Source: Gemmatimonadota bacterium (GTDB lineage Bacteria > Gemmatimonadota > Gemmatimonadetes > Gemmatimonadales > GWC2-71-9). Taken from it: a stretch of DNA of 48,766 nucleotides. The notes beneath the pieces are model-generated. The model did not search any database and was not told the DNA's origin. It saw only the letters and a program-made list of their open reading frames with translations. Below are positions 27,139-36,194 of this stretch, piece by piece. The DNA lies in assembly GCA_039586365.1 (NCBI GenBank), contig JBDHKN010000043.1:1-48766 (forward strand). The letters run 5' to 3'. Both the position numbers and the translations under genes were made by a program. How positions within the stretch are numbered: position 1 is the stretch's first letter; every line of letters begins with the position of its first letter.

Positions 27139-28078
27139 TCTCGTCTCCGTGTACGAGTTGCAGGAAGACCTGCTCCAACTCCAGATCGGCGCGATCGATT
27201 CGAATCAGGCCGTAACCGCCGTGCACCAGAGCGCGTGATACCTCGGCCCGGATGTCGGAGCCGGCCTCGACCACCAGATCGATCACGCCGTGGTCCCGCT
27301 GCGTTGCCGCAACCGAGTGAACTCCATCGACGGCGTGCAACATCGACTCGACGCCACCGGTCCCGGCCTGGTCGTGAGCGGGGGTGACGGATGCCGCGAT
27401 GCGGCAGGACTCCAGGCGGGTGGAGAGGTCCTGCTCCGTTCCGGAGGCCACTAACTCGCCGTCCCGCAAGACGAGCAGCCGATCGCATGTCTGGTGGATC
27501 TCCGGGAGCACGTGGCTCGAAATGAGCACGGTGTGTTTCTCCTTGAGACCTTGAATCATCAATCGCATTTCCACGATTTGGGCGGGGTCGAGCCCGGTCG
27601 TGGGTTCGTCGAGGATGAGCAGTTCTGGCTCGTGTATGATCGCCTGCGCGAGCGCGACCCGTTGGCGGTACCCGTGGGAGAGGTGCCGCAGGAGCTCGTG
27701 ATGCGCAGCGCGGATGTTGGCGACGTCTTCCACCTCGGGCAGTCGTTGCTCGAGGTGGGGCCCGGTGAGTCCGCGCAGCCGGCCGGCGAACCGCAGGTAC
27801 TCGCCCACGGTCATCTCGGGATAGATCGGTGGCGTTTCTGGGAGGAAACCCACCAGCGAGCGGATGCGGTGGGGAGTGGTGCCCCCGTCGATCCCATCAA
27901 CCGTGAAGGACCCGGCAGACGGGCGGAGGTCGCACGCCAGAATACGGAGTAGAGTGGTCTTCCCCGCGCCGTTCAGTCCGAGAAAGCCAACCGTTTCCCC
28001 GGTTCCGATCTCGCAGGAGACCGGTCCGAGTGCGCGTTTGCCACCAAAGAACTTGGATACGTTGCTGACGCGAATCAC
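27125..28078 (-). CDS. ABC transporter ATP-binding protein (GldA-like)
   Basis: GLNGAGKTT, LSHGYRQRV, LILDEPT, SSH. Confidence 0.95.
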   Translation of the reverse strand: MIRVSNVSKFFGGKRALGPVSCEIGTGETVGFLGLNGAGKTTLLRILACDLRPSAGSFTVDGIDGGTTPHRIRSLVGFLPETPPIYPEMTVGEYLRFAGRLRGLTGPHLEQRLPEVEDVANIRAAHHELLRHLSHGYRQRVALAQAIIHEPELLILDEPTTGLDPAQIVEMRLMIQGLKEKHTVLISSHVLPEIHQTCDRLLVLRDGELVASGTEQDLSTRLESCRIAASVTPAHDQAGTGGVESMLHAVDGVHSVAATQRDHGVIDLVVEAGSDIRAEVSRALVHGGYGLIRIDRADLELEQVFLQLVHGDENGDG

Positions 28079-28512
28079 TGTTTGGAACCCTACGATGGTC
28101 CATCTCAGAGCAATCGGGCCCCGAGGCCCGGTCTGTTTGCCGACCGTGCAGCAAGGCCCGGTGTGAACCGGGGGAAATAATAATTACGGGCGCCGCGGAA
28201 GTGAACCCGGTCTGACAGGTTGGGCGCACCTCGCTGTGGGTCAGCCGGGTGTCAAGAGCGGGGAGGCGACCCCCGGGTCTGGTCACGGTGACCTGCAAAC
28301 CGTACCTTACGGCGGGATTCAAAGGGCATGGAGCACGGATCACCTTCCGGTTAGCTCTGGCGCGAGAACGCCTCCGGCGGTTGCGACTACAGCTTGGCGA
28401 AGGCAGAGTGGAAATCGCTCAACCGCAACTCGCCGTTCTCCAATCTCGAATCCACAATCGCCTACCCGCTCCGAACTGTCAGTTGGACGTCGCAATCGAA
28501 AGGGCCGTGTTG

Positions 28513-30747
28513 ATGAGGAGTGACCTAGGCATACTCCGGTCAATTCTCGCTATCCTGCTACTCGCGGAACCGCTCTTAGCGCAAGGCGCCGGGGTGGCGA
28601 CTGACACCGCCAGCGGCGCCATCGATCCCGAAACGGCGCCGCGCCCCGAGAGCTTCGCAACCCGCACCTCGGCCGCCATCGCCCTGGATGGACACCTGGA
28701 TGAGGCAGCCTGGGCCGGAGCTCCTTCGATCACGGATTTCATACAGTCTCAGCCGAACACGGGATACCCTGCAACGGAGCGCACGGAGGTTCGTGTCCTC
28801 TACGACGCTAAGAACCTGTACGTCGGCGCCATATGCTACGAATCCGAGCCGGACCACCTCACCGTTACCAGTTTGGAGCGTGACTACCAGACTCTGAACA
28901 GCGATGTCTTTGGCGTCGCGTTGGACACATTCTTCGACCGGCGGAACGCGTTCCTGTTCTGGATCAACCCGCGGGGTGCGATCAGGGACGCTCAGGCGTT
29001 CGACGACAGCCGGACGCGGGACGACGCGTGGGACGGGGTAGTCGATGTGAGCACCAGTGTCGGTGACTCGGGCTGGACCGTGGAGATGGCGATTCCGTGG
29101 ACCACCTTGCGGTTCAATCCGACGCAGAGCCAGCAGACCTGGGGAGTGAACTTCCAGCGGCGGATTCGGCGCAAGAATGAGGACACCTATTGGGCGCCGC
29201 TGGAGCGGCGGGAGTATCTGCACAAGATGTCCCGCGGCGGTACGCTCAGAGGTTTGGAAGGAGTCCGGCCCGGACGCAACCTAACGGTGAAGCCGTACGT
29301 CCGCGCGCTGCGAGCGGCAGGCGACGATGTAGCCGAAACAGAGCGTGGGTACGACTATGATGCGGGCCTCGATCTCAAGTATGGCATCACGTCGAGGATG
29401 ACACTGGATCTCACCTACCGTACCGATTTCTCCCAGGTGGAGGTGGACCAGGAACAGGTGAATTTGACGCGATTCCAGCTGTTCTTTCCCGAAAGGCGAG
29501 ATTTCTTTCTCGAGAATTCGGGCATGTTCACGTTTGGCGACGTGCGGGGTCTGTCGGGGGAACCGCGCACGAGCGTGTCGCTGCGTGACTTCACCCTATT
29601 CCACTCACGGCAGATCGGTCTGCGTGACAGGAACCCGGTGCCGATAGTGGCCGGTGGGCGTCTCACGGGACATGTGGGTGAGTTCCAACTCGGTCTGCTC
29701 AATGTACAGACAGAGGCCTTCGAGGGTGATCCGGCCGAGAACTTCTCTGTCGTCCGCCTGCGGCGCAGGTTCCTTGGCAACTCTGACGTCGGATTCTTGT
29801 TCGGCAATCGGCAGGCGACTGATAGCGGCCCGGGCCAATACAACCGCAGCTTTGGCGTCGACGCCAACGTAAAGTTGCTGGGCAACATGTTCGTAAACTC
29901 TTACTTTGCGCTTTCCCGCTCGAGCGCCGGGGACGACGACGAGGCTGCCCGGTTCTCGGTGGGCTGGCGTGACCGTCTTTGGGACGCGTCCGCCATGGTG
30001 CGGCATTTCGGCGAGGCATTCGAGCCCGGGATCGGATTCGTGCGACGGGTCGGCATCCGCCACTACTACGCCACTTTCGGTGCACATCCCCAACCTCGCA
30101 TCCCCCACGTGTTGAGTATAAATCCGTACGTGGAGGGGGACTACATCACCAACTTGAACGGCACCTTGGAGACGCGAACGGGCGAGGCTGGGTTGGGGAC
30201 CACGTTCCTCGATGGAGGACGGCTCTCGCTGGCGTACACGAACCGGTTCGAGCGTATCGATGAGCCGTTTCGGGTGCAATCGAGTGTGGAAGTACCTGTG
30301 GGTGATTACGCGTTCAGCGAAGGCTCAGCCTCGTATCAGTCCAGTGGAGGCCGTGATCTCTCCGGAGGTTTGAGAGTATCGGGAGGCGGATACTATGGCG
30401 GCACTCGCAGCACGGTTGCCGCCGACGCTCTCTGGCGGGTAAATCATCATCTCTCCTTCGAGCTGTCGGCGACGCACAACGCTGTGTCCGTGCAGGACAC
30501 TTCGTTCAGCGCGGACCTCTACGGCGCGCGCATCAAGTACTCGTACTCGACCAAGCTCTACTTCCGCGCGTACGTCCAGTTCAACGCTGCCACGGACCAG
30601 GTGATCACCAACCTGCGCTTGAACTTCATTCATGCTCCGCTTAGCGACTTCTTCCTGGTGTACACGGAGCGCCGGGACGTCTCCGGAGACGGCGGTGTGC
30701 TGGAGCGGTTTGTCACCGCGAAGCTGACGAAGCTGTTTGCGTTCTAG
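28513..30747 (+). CDS. DUF5916 protein with N-terminal CBM9-like domain (outer-membrane)
   Basis: Signal peptide, LDGHLDEAAW, GWTVEMAIPWTTLRF, TDFSQVEVD...NLTRFQLFFPERRDFFLE, C-terminal F. Confidence 0.9.
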   Translation: MRSDLGILRSILAILLLAEPLLAQGAGVATDTASGAIDPETAPRPESFATRTSAAIALDGHLDEAAWAGAPSITDFIQSQPNTGYPATERTEVRVLYDAKNLYVGAICYESEPDHLTVTSLERDYQTLNSDVFGVALDTFFDRRNAFLFWINPRGAIRDAQAFDDSRTRDDAWDGVVDVSTSVGDSGWTVEMAIPWTTLRFNPTQSQQTWGVNFQRRIRRKNEDTYWAPLERREYLHKMSRGGTLRGLEGVRPGRNLTVKPYVRALRAAGDDVAETERGYDYDAGLDLKYGITSRMTLDLTYRTDFSQVEVDQEQVNLTRFQLFFPERRDFFLENSGMFTFGDVRGLSGEPRTSVSLRDFTLFHSRQIGLRDRNPVPIVAGGRLTGHVGEFQLGLLNVQTEAFEGDPAENFSVVRLRRRFLGNSDVGFLFGNRQATDSGPGQYNRSFGVDANVKLLGNMFVNSYFALSRSSAGDDDEAARFSVGWRDRLWDASAMVRHFGEAFEPGIGFVRRVGIRHYYATFGAHPQPRIPHVLSINPYVEGDYITNLNGTLETRTGEAGLGTTFLDGGRLSLAYTNRFERIDEPFRVQSSVEVPVGDYAFSEGSASYQSSGGRDLSGGLRVSGGGYYGGTRSTVAADALWRVNHHLSFELSATHNAVSVQDTSFSADLYGARIKYSYSTKLYFRAYVQFNAATDQVITNLRLNFIHAPLSDFFLVYTERRDVSGDGGVLERFVTAKLTKLFAF

Positions 30748-30764
30748 TGTGGTGTGGGGGCTCT

Positions 30765-30919
30765 GCAGGTTGCTTGGCGCTGGTGGACTCTCCGGCCGGC
30801 CATCCCCGAGGCGTTGGAGCTACCGGGCGCAGGGCTGGCGCTGAGGGTGCAGCTTGGTGAGCGGTCGGTCCAGCCTGCCGGCCCGTTGGTGTTCGCCTCC
30901 CGTGCTGGGGGGAACCTGC
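30765..30919. repeat. Long imperfect inverted repeat (~155 nt)
   Basis: Nested arms GCAGGTT/AACCTGC, GGTGGAC/GTTCGCC, GGCCGGC/GCCGGCC. Confidence 0.5.
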
Positions 30920-31060
30920 TCTTTCAGTACCGAGAGGTGTCGTCACCCGGCTGAGAGCGCCATATTCTTGTGGGCTGATCGTCAGTGGAACGGGAGTGCC
31001 ATCGGTCGCGGACGCCGAACTCCTGTGACGCCCATTTAACTCCATCCCCGGGGGGACACC

Positions 31061-32059
31061 ATGCTGGACCGCCACTCTTCTTCCATCGACCGCCGCGGTT
31101 TTCTGAAGGGTGCTGCTGCAGGCTTTGTCCTCCTGCCGTACGCGGACCTCGGCGCTCTGGGCTCACGTCTTCTTCGTCGCCGGACCACCGTGGCGCTCAT
31201 CCGCACCGGCGACCGGAAGGACGGCGTGCGCCGTGCCATGGCTCTGTTGGACCCCAAGGGGATTTCCGGGAAGGCCGTGAACCTGAAGCCGAACTTCAAC
31301 ACGTCCGACCCGGCCCCCGCCGGCACCCATAACGACACACTGGCCCAGATCGTCACGGAGCTGAAGGAGCGGGACGCGCGGCAGGTAACCGTGGGAGAAT
31401 CGTCCTTTCCGCCCACCAAAGAAGTGATGGAGGCGAAGGGGATCTTCGACCTTGCCAACGACATGGCGTTCGAGGTCGTGAACTTCGATGAGATTCCGGA
31501 CAACGAGTGGGTTCATTTCAAGCCATCAGGTACTCACTGGCCCGAAGGATTCCACCTTCCCCGCCATGTGGTGGAGTCCGAGTACAACGTCAGCGCCTGC
31601 TGCCTGAAGACACACGGTTCCGGGGGTGTCTTCACCATGTCGTTGAAGCTTTCCGTGGGCCTCACGCCCAAGAGCATTCGCAGGGGGATGCACCGGTCTC
31701 CGGACATGCGGCGGATGATAGCTGAGCTGAATCAGGGCTACGCTCCCCAGCTCATTGTCATGGACGGTGTGGCAGCCTTCACCGACGGTGGCCCGTCCCG
31801 AGGCCAGCTGGCTCAGCCGAACGTCGTTATCGCCGGCACCGACCGGGTGGCGGTTGACGCCGTGGGCCTGGCGGTTCTCAAGGAGCTGGGGGCCAACGAG
31901 GCCATCATGGGGACGCCCATCTTCCAACAGGAGCAGATGGCGCGGGCTGTGGAGGTGCGGCTGGGGATCCAGAGCCCCGACGAAATCGAGCTCGTCAGTG
32001 ATGACGAGGCCGGCGCCGCCTACGTCGCCAAGCTGGAGGAGATCCTGGCCCAGGGGTGA
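31061..32059 (+). CDS. DUF362-domain protein with twin-arginine signal
   Basis: DRRGFLK, VNLKPNF, VTVGESS, LKTH...FTMSLKLSVG, IVMDG...GGP, DRVAVD. Confidence 0.9.
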   Translation: MLDRHSSSIDRRGFLKGAAAGFVLLPYADLGALGSRLLRRRTTVALIRTGDRKDGVRRAMALLDPKGISGKAVNLKPNFNTSDPAPAGTHNDTLAQIVTELKERDARQVTVGESSFPPTKEVMEAKGIFDLANDMAFEVVNFDEIPDNEWVHFKPSGTHWPEGFHLPRHVVESEYNVSACCLKTHGSGGVFTMSLKLSVGLTPKSIRRGMHRSPDMRRMIAELNQGYAPQLIVMDGVAAFTDGGPSRGQLAQPNVVIAGTDRVAVDAVGLAVLKELGANEAIMGTPIFQQEQMARAVEVRLGIQSPDEIELVSDDEAGAAYVAKLEEILAQG

Positions 32060-32124
32060 GGGGGCCTACTCGTCGACCCTTGACCCCATCTGGGCCTGCA
32101 GACCGCACAACTGTTCAGCACACG

Positions 32125-32334
32125 CTACATGACGGCGACTATCACAGAAAGGACAAGGAGAGACAACGCAGGCAGGGACCGCTTCAATGGGTCTTTGACC
32201 CTAACATGCACCAACACGGCACCCAGCATCAACCCGGCCAAGCCGATTGCCGCCGGTTTCGTCAGAGTCGAAAACCAGATGCCCGCGATCAATGATGTCG
32301 CACAGAGGAGCTTCAGGAACCCGACCAATCCCAG
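32125..32334 (-). pseudogene. DoxX-family membrane protein, C-terminal fragment
   Basis: VGFLKLLCA...GIW...LMLGAVLVHVRVKDPLKRSLPA; no plausible N-terminal half upstream. Confidence 0.65.
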
Positions 32335-32644
32335 TCTCGAAACAGCCCCATCAGCATAGGACGCTTTCGAACAAGCTTCCAGGCGGCGTGGTGTGACCAT
32401 TCCTGCCGGTTGGGCATTGTGATGCTGTACCTCGAAAGAATCGATCGTGCTCTTGATCGGCGCAGGCCAAGCCGATTTCGGTCAAGGGCCGGGGATCATG
32501 AGCGCGGCCGACTGGGACCATTCGACCTCGCCGCATCAATCAGCTTCTTGGAGGCGACCGGAGGCGTCTGGTTGGCCCATTGGGCTAAAACCTAAGGTAT
32601 TGCCATCCAACAACTTGGAGTTCAATGCCGGGTCTGACCAGCAA

Positions 32645-32690
32645 ATGTCCAGAAGATTAGCTTGACAAAACATGGACATACCGCTACTGT
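32645..32690 (+). promoter_or_regulatory. sigma70 promoter with an inverted repeat around the -35 box
   Basis: TTGACA (32662)-N17-TACTGT (32685); ATGTCCA (32645) / TGGACAT (32673). Confidence 0.65.
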
Positions 32691-32748
32691 TTCCTACCAG
32701 TGAAGCGATGATAGGGCTCTGATAACCCACACCACCAGGGAGACCACC

Positions 32749-32925
32749 ATGTCCGGAACCATGATCAACGTTGGCCGCGGAATTCAAAAAACGAGTGCAC
32801 GTCCCACTAAGGTGTTCGTCGACAGCGCCGGTGAGTACTGGATCTGTGATGCGGATATCGATGCGACCAAGGATTTCGCGTCGCAGGGCTGCGCAGCGCA
32901 CAGTGATGTGCACTTGGTTAAGTAA
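32749..32925 (+). CDS. 58-aa hypothetical protein (absent from the ORF track)
   Basis: GGGAG RBS; MSGTMINVGRGIQKTSARPTKVFVDSAGEYWICDADIDATKDFASQGCAAHSDVHLVK*; own promoter and terminator. Confidence 0.75.
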   Translation: MSGTMINVGRGIQKTSARPTKVFVDSAGEYWICDADIDATKDFASQGCAAHSDVHLVK

Positions 32926-32963
32926 GTAGTTGTCAGAAATCTTCCGCTTTCTCCCCATCGAAC

Positions 32964-32996
32964 CGCCGGGCGGGTCCACGCCGTCCGGCGTCTTCT
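32964..32996 (+). terminator. Rho-independent terminator
   Basis: CGCCGGGCGG-N7-CCGTCCGGCG followed by TCTTCT. Confidence 0.55.
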
Positions 32997-33191
32997 CCTG
33001 AGTAGCCCACTCCCGTCGTGTTACCTGCGCTGAGCGCGAATCCCAGGGTAGCATCGGGGACGGGCAGCTACACCAGCAGCCGGAAGACTCGCGTCCAAGG
33101 ACGGCCGGCGGCATGTTTAAGAGCCGTGGTCGCGTCCTTTAGTTCGGTCGCCCAGCCGCTGCACAATCACCGATACTGAGTCGGAGGTTCG

Positions 33192-35933
33192 ATGATCGAT
33201 AGAACCGTTCTACCGAAAGTACTAATTCTGTGTCTCTCAGCGGTCGCAGCTGCTCCTTTGTTCGGCCAGCACCCCGTCCTGTCACCCGAGTCCGTGTTCG
33301 GCTTCTCCGTCGGCGCGGATTACCAACTGATCAGCTACGAGGAGTCGATCGACTACTTCCGACAACTGGATGCCGCGTCCGATCGATTGCAGCTCGTTGA
33401 CGTCGGTCGTACTTCCGAGGGCCGCACCTGGTATGTGGCGCTGATCTCGAGCCCCGAGAACCTGGCTGATGTCGAGCGCTACCGACAGATAGTCCAACGC
33501 CTGGCACATCCTGCTGGGCTTACCGACGAAGCAGCCCACGAGCTGGCTCGCGATGGCAAGGTGATAGTGCACATAGACGGAGGTCTGCACGCCTCCGAGA
33601 TCGCGGGATCACAGCATACGATTCAACTCGCCTACGATCTGCTGAGCGAACCGGATGACACTCGAACAGCAGGGATTCTCGCCAACGTCATCCTCATGCT
33701 GTGGCCCTCAGCGAACCCCGATGGCCAGAACATCGTGGTGGACTGGTACCGGGAGAATGTGGGTACCCCGTACGAGATCTCATCACTGCCGAGGTTGTAT
33801 CAGAAGTACATCGGGCACGACAACAACCGCGACGCGTACATGCTCAGCATGATCGAATCACGCGTGATGGCTCGGACGTGGCGACACTGGGAGCCTGAGA
33901 TCATCTACGTGCATCACCAGACGGCCCCGTTTCCGACGCGCATCTGGTTGCCGCCGTTTGCAGAACCGATCGCAACTCAGGCTCCGCCGCTCATGTCTCG
34001 GGAAGTCAACATGATCGGCATGGCCATGGCTCAGGGTTTGGAGTCGAACGGTCAGGAAGGCGCGACTCACATGGGCGTGTTCGACGCCTGGTACCCCGGT
34101 TACATCGATTACCTGCCAATGATGCAGAATATCGCCTCGTTCTGGACTGAGACCGCGCTGTACCGCTACGCCACCCCCCACTTCTACACGGTCAATGATT
34201 TCCCTGAGAGCGCGCGCGATCTGCGACCACAGGCGCTGTATGCCAGCCCCTGGGAGGGTGGCTGGTGGCGCTTGCGCGACGCGGTGGAATACATGGTGAC
34301 CGCTTCGATCTCCGTGCTCGACTACGCCGCCAAGTATCGGGAGGACGTGTTGTACAACCGCTATCAGGCGGGCCGCAACACCATCCGCCGGTACCGGGAG
34401 CAACCGCCCTACGCCTACTTCATTCCGCGCGAGCAGCGCGATCCCGTGGCGGCAGTCGAGCTGTTGAAGAGACTCGCCTTCAACGGCGTGCGGGTGAGCC
34501 AGTTGACTCGGGCCGTGACGCATGGCGGAATCAGCTATGCGGCGGGGACCTGGGTCATCCCCATGAACCAGGAGTTTGGCGAAGTGGTGCGCCAGCTGCT
34601 CGACGTACAGGCCTATCCAGACCTGCGGCAGTATCCGGAGGGTCCGCCGGAGCAGCCCTACGATGCCGCGGGGTGGACACTGTCGTACCAGATGGGTGTG
34701 AAGGTGCACTCGGCAGCGACTCCGCTCGGGGATGACGTCGCGGCCGCGCTCGAGCCAGTCCGCGGCACACCGGCCGACTGGAAAACGGCGGACGAGGAGA
34801 GCGGCGGTGCGGCATTCGACAGCCCACCCGGCGTCGGCTACGACACCGATTCCGTCGCGGCCGGAATCGTCCCGCCGGCGGGAACGATCACCGGTTCAGG
34901 ATCCCGCTTGGCGGTCGACGCGGCCCAGAACAATGCCTTCCGCGCCATCAACCGCGCCTGGCAGGCCGGCGGAATGGTGCGCTTCGAACCCGGTACAGCT
35001 GGTGGTGAAGGACGATCGGGAACTAGCGGCCGCTACGTGATAGGTGGGATTCCCAACTCCGCCCTAACTCAGTGGGTTGATGACTTGGCCCTGCGTGCCG
35101 AGCGAACCGGCAGCCAGGGTGGCCCGACGGTGCGCTCCCGCATTGGCCTGTACCGGCCGTGGCGCGCCAGCATGGACCAAGGATGGAGTCGTTGGTTACT
35201 CGAGCGATATGGGTTCCAGTTCAGTAGGGTCACCAATGGAGAGATCCAGAGCGGTGACCTCGGCGCGCGATTCGACGTCATCGTGCTCCCAGCCGAGTCA
35301 CCACAGACGATCCTGAACGGTTTCGCGAAGGGATCGGTACCACCGCGCTACGAGGGCGGTGTCGCAGCAGCGGGGGTTCGGGCGCTCGACGAGTTCGTCC
35401 GGCAGGGCGGAACGCTCGTTTGCCTCAACCAGAGCAGCGACTTCGCGATCGACCAACTCCACCTGCCCGTGAAGAACGTTGTCGCTGGACTCCCCCGGAC
35501 CGACTACTTCCTGAGCGGTTCGATTCTCGAGGTGACGACCGACCCGGCACACCCGGTCATGGCGGGGATGCCTGCCAAGGCAAAGGTGTTCGTCGGATGG
35601 AGTCCCGTGTTTACCGCACTGGAGGGATTTGAGGGAGTTGCACTGGCCAAATACCAGGAGCACGGCTCGCCGCTGCTATCCGGCTACCTGCTCGGTGAGG
35701 AACACCTCCACGGGTATGCTGCAGCGCTGGATGTTCATCACGGCGCGGGACACGTGATCCTGCTCGGCTTCAGGCCACAGTGGCGCGGGCAACCCTTCGG
35801 CAGCTTCAAGATTCTGTTCAATTCAGTGTTGTACGGCGGCGAGCTGGCGCGTGCCGTTCGCGGCAGCCCCGATTTCTGGACCGCACCCGTCGAGGAAACG
35901 GAGGAAGCCGAGCAGAAACCGGGAGAGGAGTAG
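33192..35933 (+). CDS. Secreted M14-family zinc carboxypeptidase
   Basis: GGAGG RBS, signal peptide, GLHASE, NPDG, HDNNRD, YVHHQ, PYDAAGWTL, C-terminal GATase-like region. Confidence 0.93.
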   Translation: MIDRTVLPKVLILCLSAVAAAPLFGQHPVLSPESVFGFSVGADYQLISYEESIDYFRQLDAASDRLQLVDVGRTSEGRTWYVALISSPENLADVERYRQIVQRLAHPAGLTDEAAHELARDGKVIVHIDGGLHASEIAGSQHTIQLAYDLLSEPDDTRTAGILANVILMLWPSANPDGQNIVVDWYRENVGTPYEISSLPRLYQKYIGHDNNRDAYMLSMIESRVMARTWRHWEPEIIYVHHQTAPFPTRIWLPPFAEPIATQAPPLMSREVNMIGMAMAQGLESNGQEGATHMGVFDAWYPGYIDYLPMMQNIASFWTETALYRYATPHFYTVNDFPESARDLRPQALYASPWEGGWWRLRDAVEYMVTASISVLDYAAKYREDVLYNRYQAGRNTIRRYREQPPYAYFIPREQRDPVAAVELLKRLAFNGVRVSQLTRAVTHGGISYAAGTWVIPMNQEFGEVVRQLLDVQAYPDLRQYPEGPPEQPYDAAGWTLSYQMGVKVHSAATPLGDDVAAALEPVRGTPADWKTADEESGGAAFDSPPGVGYDTDSVAAGIVPPAGTITGSGSRLAVDAAQNNAFRAINRAWQAGGMVRFEPGTAGGEGRSGTSGRYVIGGIPNSALTQWVDDLALRAERTGSQGGPTVRSRIGLYRPWRASMDQGWSRWLLERYGFQFSRVTNGEIQSGDLGARFDVIVLPAESPQTILNGFAKGSVPPRYEGGVAAAGVRALDEFVRQGGTLVCLNQSSDFAIDQLHLPVKNVVAGLPRTDYFLSGSILEVTTDPAHPVMAGMPAKAKVFVGWSPVFTALEGFEGVALAKYQEHGSPLLSGYLLGEEHLHGYAAALDVHHGAGHVILLGFRPQWRGQPFGSFKILFNSVLYGGELARAVRGSPDFWTAPVEETEEAEQKPGEE

Positions 35934-35977
35934 GTTGATCGGTTCGGCACATGCCGGGTTGCATTGGGAGATTTCCA

Positions 35978-36120
35978 GCCGAGTCTGTCTGACGCCGTCG
36001 AGACGGCAAGGTCGCGGGCGCCCCGGCCGCACAGCTCGGGACAGCCGTAGGAATCATGTGGTGTGGGCGGTCCGATGCGCCCGACGACCGAGCGTCTCTC
36101 AGGCGTCAGACAAACTCGGC
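35978..36120. repeat. 143-nt fold-back element with 19-bp terminal inverted repeats
   Basis: GCCGAGTCTGTCTGACGCC / GGCGTCAGACAAACTCGGC (1 mismatch); inner arms GAGACG/CGTCTC, GGTCG/CGACC, CGGGCGC/GCGCCCG. Confidence 0.8.
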
Positions 36121-36194
36121 AGCAGTGCGAGACTCGGCGCGGCCGGGATCCTGCTCGTCCGGCCGTCAGGTCAGAGCGTGGCAAGCAAGGGTGC

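Noticed and set aside
32103..32124. GCTGAAC-A-GTTGTGC after the DoxX stop as a collapsed attC
   Set aside because: Too short to distinguish from chance.
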